Counted from the whole stretch's first letter, positions 1 through 11,350 are shown. The stretch: 56,109 bases of DNA, filler included, from Sphacelaria rigidula (GCA_964200075.2; 5 parts of 5 records of this genome joined end to end with filler, not necessarily neighbours in it), one strand, 5' to 3'. Numbers and translations are program-made. The notes: generated by a model from the letters alone, not told the origin.

Positions 1-538
1 AGTGTCTCAAACGCCATAAAAGTGAACAATCCGTGGGCCAAAAGTCTGTGTGCCATAACATCCGGCCTTATGGACGACTTTCGCACGACGGGATAGTCTG
101 TCATATTGAATCCGTGGTCGTCGTTTACCGTGTTTTGGAGAATATCGGTCGCTACTGTTGGTCGTTTGTTGCTTTACTTCTTCCATTTCTCTTATATATC
201 CACTGATTTGCGGGTGTTGCCTGCTTCGTTGTTGCCCACGAAGGAGGGGGAATGAATATTTATGCCTTTTCAGTTGCTGTTTCTGGACCCTGTTCTGTAC
301 GATGGCCGTTTCTGCTGTGCAATAGTTCTGGACTCATGGTTGCGAACAATCGTGTGTGTCCGTCGCAAGTCTTTGTGTCCCCGGGTATCGTGCTCCTATT
401 CGTTGCTGTGGGTGGAAGTAGTAAATGAGTGTCTTCGTATCTGTTCTTCGACGGTGGGGGTAGTCTTTTGCCCGTTCTAGCGGATCGGTACAGTTGTCAA
501 AACGTTATTAAGCCTCTTCTTCATACCCTGCCCCCAGG

Positions 539-688
539 ACACGGGTCTCCACATGCACACAGCGCAATATATTGCACTTGAAGCTATGACCTGTTCCGTC
601 ACCTAATGCGAGCAACGATGACCGGTCCCCACGTATCTTGGCTATCGATCTCATTGAGCGTGGCGGCGGAAGCCGCCGAACCCCTTGT
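539..688 (+). mobile_element. Helitron-like non-autonomous element, 3' end
   Basis: GC-rich hairpin GGCGGC-GGAA-GCCGCC at ~662-677, followed ~6 nt later by CTTGT and an AT run. The upstream ~45 nt resemble 6815-6855. Confidence 0.4.
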
Positions 689-1342
689 ATATATATACAT
701 ACAAAGTCCGGCAGCGGTCCCTTTTTAGTGGGTCACGTCTGACGCGTTATAAACAGCCAAGCTCTCGTGTTTTGTCGTAGTTGGTGTTTTTGTAGGGCTG
801 TGAACTGGACCAGTTTGTACTGGCGATTAAACTGGAACTGGAGTCTAACTGGAACTAGTGATGCGGACTCCAGTTTATCCACTTTATTTGAAGTTTGCTG
901 TTACCAGCTGTGTTCATACCAATTTTAGTATAGCGATTTTATAACAAAGATGCTTACATTATTACTTACGAAATGACAGTAGAATCGGGGTCTGCCCCTG
1001 ACAGCAATACAAGTACAGACAGTACTTGTGGTACGAGCCGGGCCAGCCTAGAAGCAGATTTGAAGTTTGCAGGCCCATTCGCAATGTAGCAGTCGAGATT
1101 GGACTTGAAAATTTGATATGGACAATCAATAGGGTATAATAAAAAAAATTATGCAACATATATATATATATTTTTTTTCGTGACTCAACAGAATTTTACT
1201 GGAAGCTGAAAACTGATTATTACCTTTAACTCATGAAAAACAAAATGACTTTTAGACCCACTTTTATGGCGAGCACGAATCTCGATTGTTTCAAAATCGG
1301 GAACCGCATTGTATGGACACGGATTTGGATGAAATCGGGAGC

Positions 1343-1436
1343 GAAAAAATCGGGGGGTCACGATCTTGGAACGGTTTCCCCCGACGAAAAATTCGGGGGA
1401 AATCGTTCCGAGATCATGACTCCCCCCGATTTTTTT
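1343..1436. repeat. ~42-bp-arm inverted repeat (hairpin) in a probable TE subterminal region
   Basis: aaaaaatcggggggtcacgatcttggaacggtttcccccga pairs with tcgggggaaatcgttccgagatcatgactccccccgatttttt with few mismatches. Related motifs recur at 2030-2130. Confidence 0.75.
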
Positions 1437-2902
1437 AGGTGATGTACTGCATTGACGTACACTGCCAGAGTACGAGGCTTTTGATATATTTGCAACGGCA
1501 GCAGAAGACAGTCTCGTGACAGCATAGCGCATGCCTACCGCCCGCTGCAGCTGCTGAAGCAACTTTGCACGGGGTTTGACAAGCGGATCATGAGTGCTGA
1601 TGACGTGCCCTGCGACGGTAGTAATATTTTATGCTGCGCTGCGCTGCCATATGTATCACTCTAACGAACGCTACTGTACTCTCCTAGCTGTCGTCGGTGT
1701 GCTTGAGGGGTGGGTGATGTACAGCATTGCACTACTGAACTCTGCTCGCGCACTTTGTTCTCTGTTCTCGCAATGCCGACTGTGTCATGATGTAGAACCA
1801 CACGGCATTTTCATGTTCTGTACTGATGAAGTGTCCTGCACTGTATTTTACCCTAGGGTACCAAGGTACGACACTGTACTCGAAGGATTGTTTACCGCCT
1901 GCCTGCCCTTCGGCTTCATGCACGGGAACGCAGTAACACACTCATGCAAAAAATGACCGTCTGTGTTCAGAACCGATTCACAAATCTGTGATACTGTTGT
2001 ACTGTTGTACTGTTGTACTGTTGCCTGTGCCAAAAAATGGTCCCCCCGATTTTGAGCTCACGAATTTGACTCCCCTCAATTTTTTCAAAATCGGGATCCC
2101 AAAAAATCGAGATTCGTTTGCCGTAAAATTGGGTCTTCGTCCACGCATAATGCTTTCTATTATGCACTATTGCTCGTCCACACCAAAATTTAGGGGCCAA
2201 CTCCAAAGGTATTAAATTGCGAATGGGTCATTTAAAACCCGGATCGGTAAAATTTTGGAACAGTATTTTGCAGGCCACTTACCGTCCCATGTTTGGTATT
2301 TGTATATTGAAATTTTGCGTCGGACCTCGCTAGAGCATCGTGAAACGAAAAAGTGGTTCAGGTTCTCTTCTTGTTTTTTTTTCACTGGTTTAGGGTGTTT
2401 TATTATGTTGACCGTTTTTTTACGAAAACGCCCAAGCCTCCCCCCCACTAAAAAATTAAGGCCTTCATATTTTTTTACTGAGGATACCGTGTCCCTGCGT
2501 GCTGCCAGCCTTGGCTTGCTTGCATCCTCTCCTCACGGAGAGTCTGCTGCTGCATATTACAGATGAATAATGTTCTAATCGCTCATCGCTTTGAATTGGA
2601 TATGAATGTCATCTCTAAGACGTTTAGCTCCTCAACGTGAGAGGTCACATTTTCTACAGTTTTTAGTATTTTTGAAGGAAAAACAAGCCAAATAACGCAT
2701 TTTTTCTCGCCTCCGGCGGTGCTACCGCGGGGTCCCCTCACCAGCAGGGGGGGGGCCGCGGATGTTTTTCCAGAGCCGATTCACTGGGAAAACATCGATG
2801 TACTGACCGCTGGCGCGGCCAATATAAACTTAACCGGCCAAAGCAGCCAATTCACAGGTTTATGTTTTTTGTGTTGATGCGGAGGATGAGAAGATGATAA
2901 TT

Positions 2903-3900
2903 ATTAGACTTGGAACGAAAATTGGGGACGCAGGGGAAGGAGTTCATGTCTCGAGTGCAGGACTCAAGTACTACAAGTGATAGAGTTTGCGTTCGGACCG
3001 AGACTTTTCACATATGTTCATCGTCAGCGTCTTTTGTCCTCATGTTTCATTGCCGTCGATACCCCATTGATATCGTCAGCTCACATCGAAATGATGAAGC
3101 AAGTGGTTCAGCGAGGGCACGGGCAGTAACGAGCAACGAATCCGCGGATTGGACCCTCAGCATGAGGATGTTTTCGCTTTTTCCGCGGGGACGCGCGGGC
3201 AGCATTTCAGTGCGTATCTGCTCAGCCGAATTCATCACATTTTGAAGAACCTCAAGCACACAGTAGTATGGGTGATGGTCACATGTTTTTGTCTGTGTCC
3301 CCGCTGGCGTAAACCACCTCTACTGTTTTTGTCATGTGGTTGATACACGACATCACCCGACGGGAAACGAAATGAATCTGCTGAGGTTCAAGCTCACCTC
3401 AACATATCGCACCTCCAACGAGAAACACAAAACGTGTTCTGCCCGGATTTTGTACTGCGCTTAGTGTTGTGTCGTGCAATCCATCACCGGGCGGCTCACA
3501 GGGCCCGTCCCCTCACGCGGACACCCGCTCTATTACATCGGTGCTGAAAGCATACACGGTGTGAGTGGCGCGTCGTGATCAAATAGACTTGAACTAAAGG
3601 TGGGGGCGCCGGGGAAGGAGCTCATGTCTCGAGTGCAGGACTCAAGTACTCAGAGTCATAGACTGTGTCCTCGGATCGAGAATTTCTACGTACGTTCATC
3701 GTCAGCGTGTTTTGCCCACGTGTTTCGTTGCCGCCGTAACTCATTGACATCGTCAGCGCACATCGAAATGGTGAAGCGTTCGTTCGAACGGTCGCGAACG
3801 CAAGTGTAAGTGCACACCCACACAACATGTGGCACAAATCCGCGCACTGGACCTCTATCATTGGCACTCACCCGAACAGTCATTGCGGCCCGATCTGCAC
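2903..3900 (+). repeat. Diverged direct duplication (~2903-3240 and ~3583-3900)
   Basis: Both copies begin tagacttg...ggggaaggagYtcatgtctcgagtgcaggactcaagtact and stay alignable for ~300 bp. Confidence 0.8.
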
Positions 3901-3972
3901 ACTCATTCCAGCATAAATCGCATGGACGCCCCCTCACGATAATCGCTGCGCGCTCGTTCACCCTAAAGATCT

Positions 3973-4445
3973 TACATATGTACCTGGATCATTTCACATT
4001 TTTCACCACGTTTGCCGAGTTTTATCTGGCAGCAAGGCACTTTATCCCGCGCTTCCTTTTGCAGTGCACGAAGAAGGCGCAGCGGTACATTACCGTTCAG
4101 GTTTGGGCGCCATATGATACCTGTGGCGCGTGTTCTTGCCACCGAAGGTCGGTCATACTGGCTCTTTTTCGCGGGATGTCGATCCTGAACCACAAAAGCC
4201 TCTACAAGATGATCGAAAACTTCAAACAGGAACCCGAACCACAAAAGCCTGTTCATGGCGGGGGATTTTTCCACCATGATTTTGTTTGCGTTCTCGTCGA
4301 TTCGGGAGCACGAAGACGGCAGGTATGCAGCGAATGTCACGAAACCATGAAAGCGAAGCAGTTGAAAACAATTGAACATTGGCTTCGCCTTAGTCAGCAG
4401 CAAACACAAGACCATGCAATGAGCCGTTGGCGAGTTAACAAGGCA
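3973..4445 (+). repeat. Repeat copy 1; homologous to the inverted copy at 7290-7802
   Basis: Both nucleotide sequence and translation align (HFTFFTTFA...NHKSL...QEPEPQKPV...KQLKTIEH). Confidence 0.8.
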
Positions 4446-4629
4446 CACACGTGGGCAAACGTCCCCACTGTGGATCGCCTGTTGTGGAGGACCAGCGCAG
4501 GGGGTACCGAAATGCCTGTGATCATACAATCGTAAGATAGAGTTTCCTCACAGGATGCACCTGTGAAGTACCGGCGCAGGGATGTCCTTGTGACAGGGAT
4601 GCATCCCTACGCAGGTACTTCACAGGGGG

Positions 4630-4956
4630 GACCGAAAGAAATGCACGTAAACAATGGTACTTTGGAGATGCCGCCAACCCTAACGCTAACCCTAACACGA
4701 ACACCGACCAAAGCATACCGAGAGCCCTCGGGCAAGGGGGGTGTAGAGTATTTCTTGAGTAAAGCGTGCGTTGCGTGAGCTCAAATCGACGCCTTTGAGC
4801 CAATTTTGGACCAAAACACGTTCTGGACGAGCTAGGTCTACCTACTGCTCACCACTGCTCACCTGTCCCAATTCATGAATTTTCTCAGAACTTTCTTTAC
4901 CCTGAAATCAAGTAAAATCGAGTACCAATTATTGTATACGTACATCTATTTAGGTC
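4630..4956. mobile_element. MITE family A with ~28-bp TIRs and internal telomere-like repeats
   Basis: TIRs gaccgaaagaaatgcacgtaaacaatggt / attattgtatacgtacatctatttaggtc. The whole element is homologous, in reverse orientation, to 47192-47511. Confidence 0.75.
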
Positions 4957-5744
4957 TACCAAGTGTGATTTGAAATCCGTGCGCGCGGGGTGGGGCCGGC
5001 ATGTAGAGAACCTTGCACAAGTTCGCCGTGTACTACCGGGACGCGACCTTTTTTCAGTAGCAATCACTTGCAATGTGTGCTGTGACGGGTATCGTGCGTG
5101 ATGGAGCTTTTTCCACCTCCGCACACCGCCCGCGAAGCGAGCTGTTCATGCTGGAAGTGCCCACCTCTATTCCCGCGATGATCTCCACTCTTGGTCTAAG
5201 ACAAATGAAACTGCGGAATATGACAGTATCTACTGGACGGTACATATTCTCCCACACCAATGCCTCCATAATATGGAAAATGAATAACACTGATATATTT
5301 TCGACTTGCGTCACCCCCGGGAGGCCAGTACCAACCTCCCGAAGGGGAGCCTTGTATAACTATGTAACTATACTGTGAACGAATTTGGAGTCATTAATAT
5401 ATGTATATATATGTAAATATTTACGAATTATGAACGTAGTCGCGGGTATATACGGTACTGCTATAAGAGGTGATGAAAAAGACATGATAGCACGATTCAC
5501 TTACCATCTGAGAGAGGGAGTCATTCTACGGTACGGAATGAGTATTTCGGGCCATTTATTTCACAAAATTCCACTTCGAATCGTCGTTGAAAGCAGCAAC
5601 GGTTGTTCGAACGCGCTTGTTACCGATAAATAACGCTCATTCATACTGCTCGACACCGTTGTCACAGACGCGTCAGATGAGCCCCTGTTTTTCGTGGAAT
5701 CGCCCCCCCCCCCCCATCCTCTCTACCCTTTATGCGATTGGCGT

Positions 5745-6240
5745 CGGTTGGCCACGACGCCGTAAAACACGCCACTCACTGCGTAAGCTAGGCAACCAGG
5801 TTGCCGATTTATTGTGCCCGCTTGCGTTTCATTTTTTTTTCGCCGTTACCATGATGGTGGTCGAGCTAGATCATGTTGTGCCGCGTGAGATAACCCAAAC
5901 TCCGCACAAAGGAAGTGATCGTACTTCGTCGTGTTTCAATGGTGAGACACCCATGAGGCAGTGTATCAGCCGTGGCTATTTGTGGAAGTGGCGATACCAG
6001 AAAATGAAGCAACTCATTGGTGGCCGTCACTCTAATGCGAGGTAATCAGTAGACTTCGGACCGAACAATCTTCGCAGGATGCAGCTCACCCTTCATGCGA
6101 CTCGCCGAACACATCACGGCGCTTGATTGCGAGCCTGGTCCAGCGAAAACCTAGCGTGCTTCTTCCCGGCCTTGTAGGGGTGCGAGGCCAATGGTCAGAT
6201 TACTACGGCATGCATGATCATGAGTACACCCCCCTCCCCT
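5745..6240 (+). repeat. Dispersed repeat shared with 23385-23870
   Basis: Shared blocks aaacacgccactca, cccatgaggcagtgta, cttcggaccgaacaat and gcgagcctggtcc occur in the same order on two different scaffolds. Confidence 0.75.
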
Positions 6241-6719
6241 ATCGGAGCATCACCCGAGACTGGATGTACAGATTGATCGATTGATCCTCGCGCAAACTGA
6301 GTGACCCCCGAAGGAGCCAGCCGAGATCGCAACACGAAACGTACCCCAAGGTACTTGATGCGAGGTGGAAGCACTCGTTGAAGAAGAAAAATGGAGAAAG
6401 GAGGAATAGAATAAAAGGAAAATAAAACACACGTAGTACGGAATGACAACTAGAGACGGCAAAAATAATTAGAGAGAGACGAGACGAAGAAATATGAGAG
6501 ACAGAAGAAGTATTTTCGGACCGAAAACGAAACAAAATAAGTGTTTTGTCGAATCGGTATTGATTTTACATGAAAATCGAACCGATATTATGCTCATAAA
6601 ACATTCAGAAGACACGACAAAATTTTCCCGCCGCTCTCCATCAACCCTTTGACGGCGAGAAAAGTAGGTCATCTGTTGAAGTAGCATCAATTTCACTCAA
6701 TAAAGGTATCCATGATCCC

Positions 6720-6871
6720 GATTGACTACCGTGCTCAGCCCATGAGCTGCTGCGGCTTCTTCTTCAAACTATGGCCTTTGCCATTACGCAACGCACACAG
6801 CTATCACCGGTGCTCATGTACCTTGGCTGTCGATCCACTGATCGTGGCGGCGAAGTGGCAATAAGTCTGGT
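6720..6871 (+). mobile_element. Helitron-like non-autonomous element, 3' end (related to 539-688)
   Basis: cttggctgtcgatccactgatcgtggcggcgaag matches ~637-672. Ends CTGG before an AT run. Confidence 0.35.
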
Positions 6872-7289
6872 ATATGTTTATACAAGGTTCCCCTTCAGAA
6901 GGGTGGTACCGGCCTCCCGGGGGTGATACAAGTCGAAAATATATGGTCGAGACAGGCTGTTGTGTCTCAGTGTACAGTATAGCGGTCGTGGCTGTACGAA
7001 ACATCGCATGTGTTATCGGATGTCGTTCTGAAATATAGAGGATCTCGGACGGAGGCCGACGGCGGAACCGCCGGCGTAGGACATGTGTGGTATTCCCGAG
7101 GTGCCAGGGTGCAAAATAGCTCCCCTGCCACAAAGACATGACAGCGGGAGGCAGTTCCCGAAAAAATGGAATGTGTGGATTATTCCTGGCATATTCTTTG
7201 TACATCATTGTAGCTTCCACATCACCGGGCCCTTTTTCAAAACAGGGTGATTGCTTTCTGCGGTAAAACATTCCTGTGCTGCCGTGCTG

Positions 7290-7802
7290 CTGTGCCTTGC
7301 TGAACTCGCCAACGGCCCATTGCACGGTTTCGTGTTTGCTGCTGATCAAGGCCAAGGTAATGTTCAATTGTTTTCAACTGCTTTGCTCTCATGTTCTCGT
7401 GACATTGGCGGCATAAGCGGTGTGTCTGTGCTCCCACACGAACGAGAACGCGACAAAGAAAAACGCGGGGGAAAAATACCCCGCCAAAAGTAATCCTGTT
7501 TGAAGTTTTGCACGATCTTCAACAGGCTTTTGTGGTTCGGGTTCTTGTTCCAAGCTTTCCATGATCTTGAAAAGGCTTTTGTGGTTCGGGATCGACACGC
7601 CGCGAAAGGGGGCCAGTTTGAGCGACTTCTGGTGGCCAGAGCACGCGCCACGGGTATCAGATGACGCCCAAACCTGAAAGGTATTGTACCGCTGAGCCTT
7701 CTCAGTGCGCTGCAAAAAACAAGCGCGGGAAAAAATGCCTTGCCGCCAGAAATGATTGGCAAAAGTGGTGAAAAATGCGAAATGATACATGTACATATGT
7801 AC
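7290..7802 (-). repeat. Repeat copy 2; inverted homologue of 3973-4445
   Basis: The reverse complement aligns with 3973-4445. ORFs 7389-7796 and 7237-7437 reproduce the same peptide in two frames. Confidence 0.8.
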
Positions 7803-7824
7803 CTATATTGTCGCACTTCGGACC

Positions 7825-8090
7825 CATTCAAGGGTCGGACAAATCAACCACTTGTCTGGAAATGACTTGGTTTTAGTGTAAATGATTCGAATCGTACGAA
7901 TCAATCCTTAGGCTTTGTTTTCAGCGTTGCAACCCAGGTATACGCAGCCCAGTCACGTGGAATGGCGCAAGAGTTGCGTGGATACGCCTTGGGCCAGCGG
8001 TCAACTTTTTTTTTTCCTTTTGGGCAACCAGGCCGAAGGAATCGTGGATTCGGTGATTCGAACCCGTGATGATTCGTCCTAACCGTGAAC
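7825..8090. mobile_element. MITE family B (~265 bp)
   Basis: Imperfect TIRs ttcaagggtcggacaaatca / tgattcgtcctaaccgtgaa. Homologues at 9220-9487 (inverted) and 25891-26148. Confidence 0.75.
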
Positions 8091-8378
8091 CCATTCCCTT
8101 CCTCGGGCTGAGTCCGTGGTCTCAAGGGATCAACCCATTTCTCCCCGGTACACGCAAGCTTGCATTTTGGTCTCGCGGAATTGGTTCAGCACTCCTGCAC
8201 CCCGTCAACTCACGTCAATCAAAGTCAGTCGACTACTTTGTTTTACTCACGTTCTTCCGCTTCCCACGGTAGAAATCAGATATCACGACGAATAAAAAGT
8301 CTAACGCATCGGGAATCGAACCCTCGTTCTCTGCACCCTGATGGCGACAGTCGGACCATTACACCACTGGGGCGCGGC
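8088..8378 (-). mobile_element. tRNA-derived SINE family A, copy 1
   Basis: Minus-strand head (8303-8378) has Pol III box A TGGTGTAATGG and box B GGTTCGATTCC. The body is shared with 13893-14140, 48037-48432 and 33419-33481. Confidence 0.8.
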
Positions 8379-8910
8379 GGCATATTTATGAAACGGTATA
8401 GTTCTTGAATACGATACCCAAGCGATCGACGGGCCTTTTGCTGCTCCGGGATCCGTGGAAGGTAACGAACACTGAAACATGTGGTAGGCGCACTCCCCAA
8501 AGACTGGATGGGTTGCAGTGGGGCAAAGCACACCGCGCCCCAGCGGGTAAGTAATGGGCCAGGCGCTCATATACCTTGCAAATGCCATTTTTTCTCTCGG
8601 CAGTGTTGCTGTCTTTGCCTCGCCTAGGACGAGGGCAAGCAAGCGCTCATGCCGCGTGCTCCCATAGATTGAGACGCTGGAAACGGGTAATTTCCACTAT
8701 TAATAGTGCTCCCAAGCAGACCTTCGCTGCCAAAAGCTTGGCCAACGATTCCACAAGGTTTTGTACCGCTGTGGCATCTATCCTCCAAGATCTCAAGATA
8801 TGCTCTTCTTGGCCATGTGACCGGCTGTTGGCAGGGTGTTTGTTTCGTGTGTTCATTCTGAAGGTCTGGATGTTTTCGTCGGGCATCATCCACCCCTTCC
8901 CTTCATTGTG

Positions 8911-9050
8911 TGCTCCGTCTCGAAAGGGATGCGTGGTCAATGGTCAAACGACTAAGGCAAGCAACAAATGAATAACCCCACACCCCCCACCCCCCCCCCC
9001 CCCCCCCCCCCCCACCCCCCCCCCCCCCCCCCCTCCCTCCCGTCCTACCT
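8911..9050 (+). mobile_element. ~70-bp poly-C-tailed element, copy 1
   Basis: tgctccgtctcgaaagggatgcgtggtcaatggtcaaacgactaaggcaagcaacaaatga followed by a long C tract. Confidence 0.75.
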
Positions 9051-9219
9051 NNNNNNNNNNGGGATGTGTTGTCAATTGTTAAACGTTTAATTCATGTAAC
9101 AAATTAATAACCCCCCCCCCCCACCCCCCCCTTCCCTTCATTTGACACCTGTACACCTGATGTCGGGGATTCTAGGATAATGTCTGGCCAGATTTCCACC
9201 GCCAGATGCAAATCGGTGA

Positions 9220-9487
9220 AGGTTTCACGGCTAGGACGAATCATGACGGGTTCGAATCGCCAAATCCACGATTCCTTCGGCCTGACTGCCCAAGAGGGAG
9301 AAAAAGTTGACCGCTGGTCCAAGGGGTATCCGCGCAACTTTCGCGCCATTCCACGTGTCTGGGCTGTGTGTACCTGGATTGCAACGCTGAAAACAAAGCG
9401 TAGGGATTGATTCGTACGATTCGAGTCATTTACACTAAAACCAAGTCATTTCCAGACGAATCATTGGATTTGTCCGACCCTTGAAAG
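9220..9487. mobile_element. MITE family B, inverted copy
   Basis: Reverse complement of 7825-8090. Ends tgtccgacccttgaaa. Confidence 0.75.
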
Positions 9488-9499
9488 GTTTCACACCCT

Positions 9500-9755
9500 G
9501 TACAACTACGACTAACAACTAACTTAGTTAGCTGTTTTTCAACCGACAACCGGCCAGTTGTTCCCAAACAACTAGTTGCGCACGATTCTGAGAGATTAGT
9601 CGTTAGGAAACAACTAGCTGCACACGATTCTGAAGGAGCAGTTGTTTGGAAGCACCTAATTGCGCCCAATTCTGAACAGTTACTTGTTCGGAGACAAATA
9701 GTTGCACACGATTCTGAACAAGTAGTTGTTTTGTGGCACGGGTAGTTGTCAACAT
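9500..9755 (+). repeat. Tandem ~41-bp units (aaacaactagttgcacacgattctgaa...) related to the foldback at 10214-10420
   Basis: Four diverged units are visible between ~9567 and ~9730. Confidence 0.7.
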
Positions 9756-10213
9756 CGTGGAACACTTACAAATAGACCGTTGGCTGAGGTCGAGCTGACG
9801 AATGAACATGTGAGCACCCCTCGCACTCACACACAAACACACACGAGAGACTAAGCGCAGCAAATAGCAGCTGTGCCACTAGCCGCCACTACACCAGCAC
9901 CAGCTGCTCTTACACCATCACCAGCAGCAGATGGTGACCGGCAAACGTATTTGTGTTTCGCTGCCGGAGGGGAACCGTGGTTGATCAAGCCAGTTGGAGG
10001 TGATGCATACATGAAATAGCAGTAAAGCCTAACCTTGAACGTGTAATGCTCGCGCCCCGAATGACGTATGCCTTTGCTTTGCATCGCACCGCATACCTCT
10101 GTATTTCCCTTTTCAGGAACAGGCCGGTCTGATCTTTCTGGCCTACTCCCTGTCCTGCATAGATACGAGTTCACACCACTACTGTACAGCGTTTTCATGT
10201 TTCCAACTATAAC

Positions 10214-10420
10214 CAACTAAAGTTAGTTCTTTGTCGACCAACTACCGGGTTGTTGTTTGGAAACAACTAGTCGCGAACGATTCTGAACAGATAGTTGCTA
10301 ACTGTTCAGAATCGTGTGCAACTAGTTGTTTCCAAAGAAAAAACTGTTCAAAATCGTGCGTAACTAGTTGTTTCGAAACAACTACCAGGTAGTTGGTCGA
10401 CAAAAAACTAACTTTAGTCG
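10214..10420. mobile_element. Foldback element / MITE, almost entirely palindromic
   Basis: caactaaagttagttctttgtcgaccaactacc pairs with ggtagttggtcgacaaaaaactaactttagtcg. Internal arms are built from the same unit as 9500-9755. Confidence 0.8.
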
Positions 10421-10429
10421 ATGGTGGTG

Positions 10430-11143
10430 GTTGTTGTTGTTGTTGTTGTTGTTGTTGCTGTTGTTGTTGTTGTTGTTGTCTTCACATTAAAAATCGTTCC
10501 GATATCTGCGCGGTACATTCGTACTGGGCATCTGATGCCGACGCCTTCCGTGGTCACAGGCTAGCAAAAAAACAAAAAACAAATTAGTCCGAGATTAAAA
10601 CTCACAAAACGCGATACCCCCAAACAGGGATAAATAACAAAGAAGAAAGATAGTACAAATGACTAACCTCAGAAGATCCGGTGCCGCAGGTGGCCATTCG
10701 GACTTGAGGGGGTGGCACCCGACTTTCCAACTCGACGCGCGATCCCAAGTAGAAATGAACACAGGGTCCGACTACGGGCGAGACTCAAGGCCCCAAATAC
10801 CTCCAACCAAAAAACTAAGAATCGCAAGGTTCCATCTTTCCGTCTCTCGAGAGACAGCCATACGTACAAGCATACCAGGTGTATCAAGGCAAGCACTGCA
10901 TGACATAACGACACCCCTCATCGGGGGGGTTCATCCCCCAACCCTCCTTCTCTGGACCGTCGCCATTGCTGTGCTATTTGGGCTTCGTTAGTCTCCCGTC
11001 TAATCGTACGCAGTCGGCTGGCCTCCTCTTCATTTCTGTGCCATGAGGTCATGAACCTCTCCGCTCCCTGCAGCACTCCCGCGTGCCACGGCAACCCCCC
11101 CTCCTTATTTGCTGCTGAGGTCCATAGGGCGCGGTCAGTTCCG
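10430..11143 (-). mobile_element. RTE-like LINE 3' end with (CAA)n tail, cut by the scaffold end
   Basis: Reverse complement aligns with ~39570-40289. The (TTG)n tract at 10430-10478 is the tail. Confidence 0.85.
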
Positions 11144-11243
11144 NNNNNNNNNNNNNNNNNNNNNNNNNNNNNNNNNNNNNNNNNNNNTTAATTAATTAAN
11201 NNNNNNNNNNNNNNNNNNNNNNNNNNNNNNNNNNNNNNNNNNN
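11144..11243. other. Artificial scaffold spacer (44 N + TTAATTAATTAA + 44 N)
   Basis: Identical 100-bp spacer at four positions ~11242 bp apart. The linker has stops in all six frames. Confidence 0.97.
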
Positions 11244-11350
11244 GGGGGGCGTACTCATTTGTTGCTTGCCTTAGTCATTTGACCATTGACCACGCATCCC
11301 TTTCGAGACGGAGCATTCGTTGCTCGCCTCAGTCGTTTGACCATTGACCA
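11244..11350 (-). mobile_element. Poly-C-tailed element, copy 2, with a partial tandem copy at its 5' side
   Basis: Reverse complement of the 70-bp unit (11244-11316), preceded on the minus strand by ggtcaatggtcaaacgactgaggcgagcaacgaa (11317-11350). Confidence 0.75.

Noticed and set aside
8303-8378. tRNA-like sequences (also 14063-14140, 48358-48432, 45326-45405)
   Set aside because: They have A/B boxes but no convincing acceptor stem or anticodon arm. Each is attached to a shared repeat body, so they are SINE heads rather than tRNA genes.
9061-9130. Apparent sixth, diverged copy of the poly-C element
   Set aside because: It sits right after a small N gap next to copy 1 and a homopolymer. 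It is most likely a low-quality re-read of the same locus.
9567-9730. Regularly spaced repeats resembling a CRISPR array (also 16900-17350, 34245-34373)
   Set aside because: The units are degenerate tandem repeats without unique spacers, they lie within TIR elements, and there are no cas genes.
11188-11199. TTAATTAATTAA palindrome recurring every ~11.24 kb
   Set aside because: It lies in the centre of N runs and is an artificial linker, not a biological periodic motif.
11290-11350. Hammerhead ribozyme at the tandem junction
   Set aside because: A stem followed by GAAA is present, but the CUGAnGA core and a matching stem III/cleavage triplet could not be assembled.
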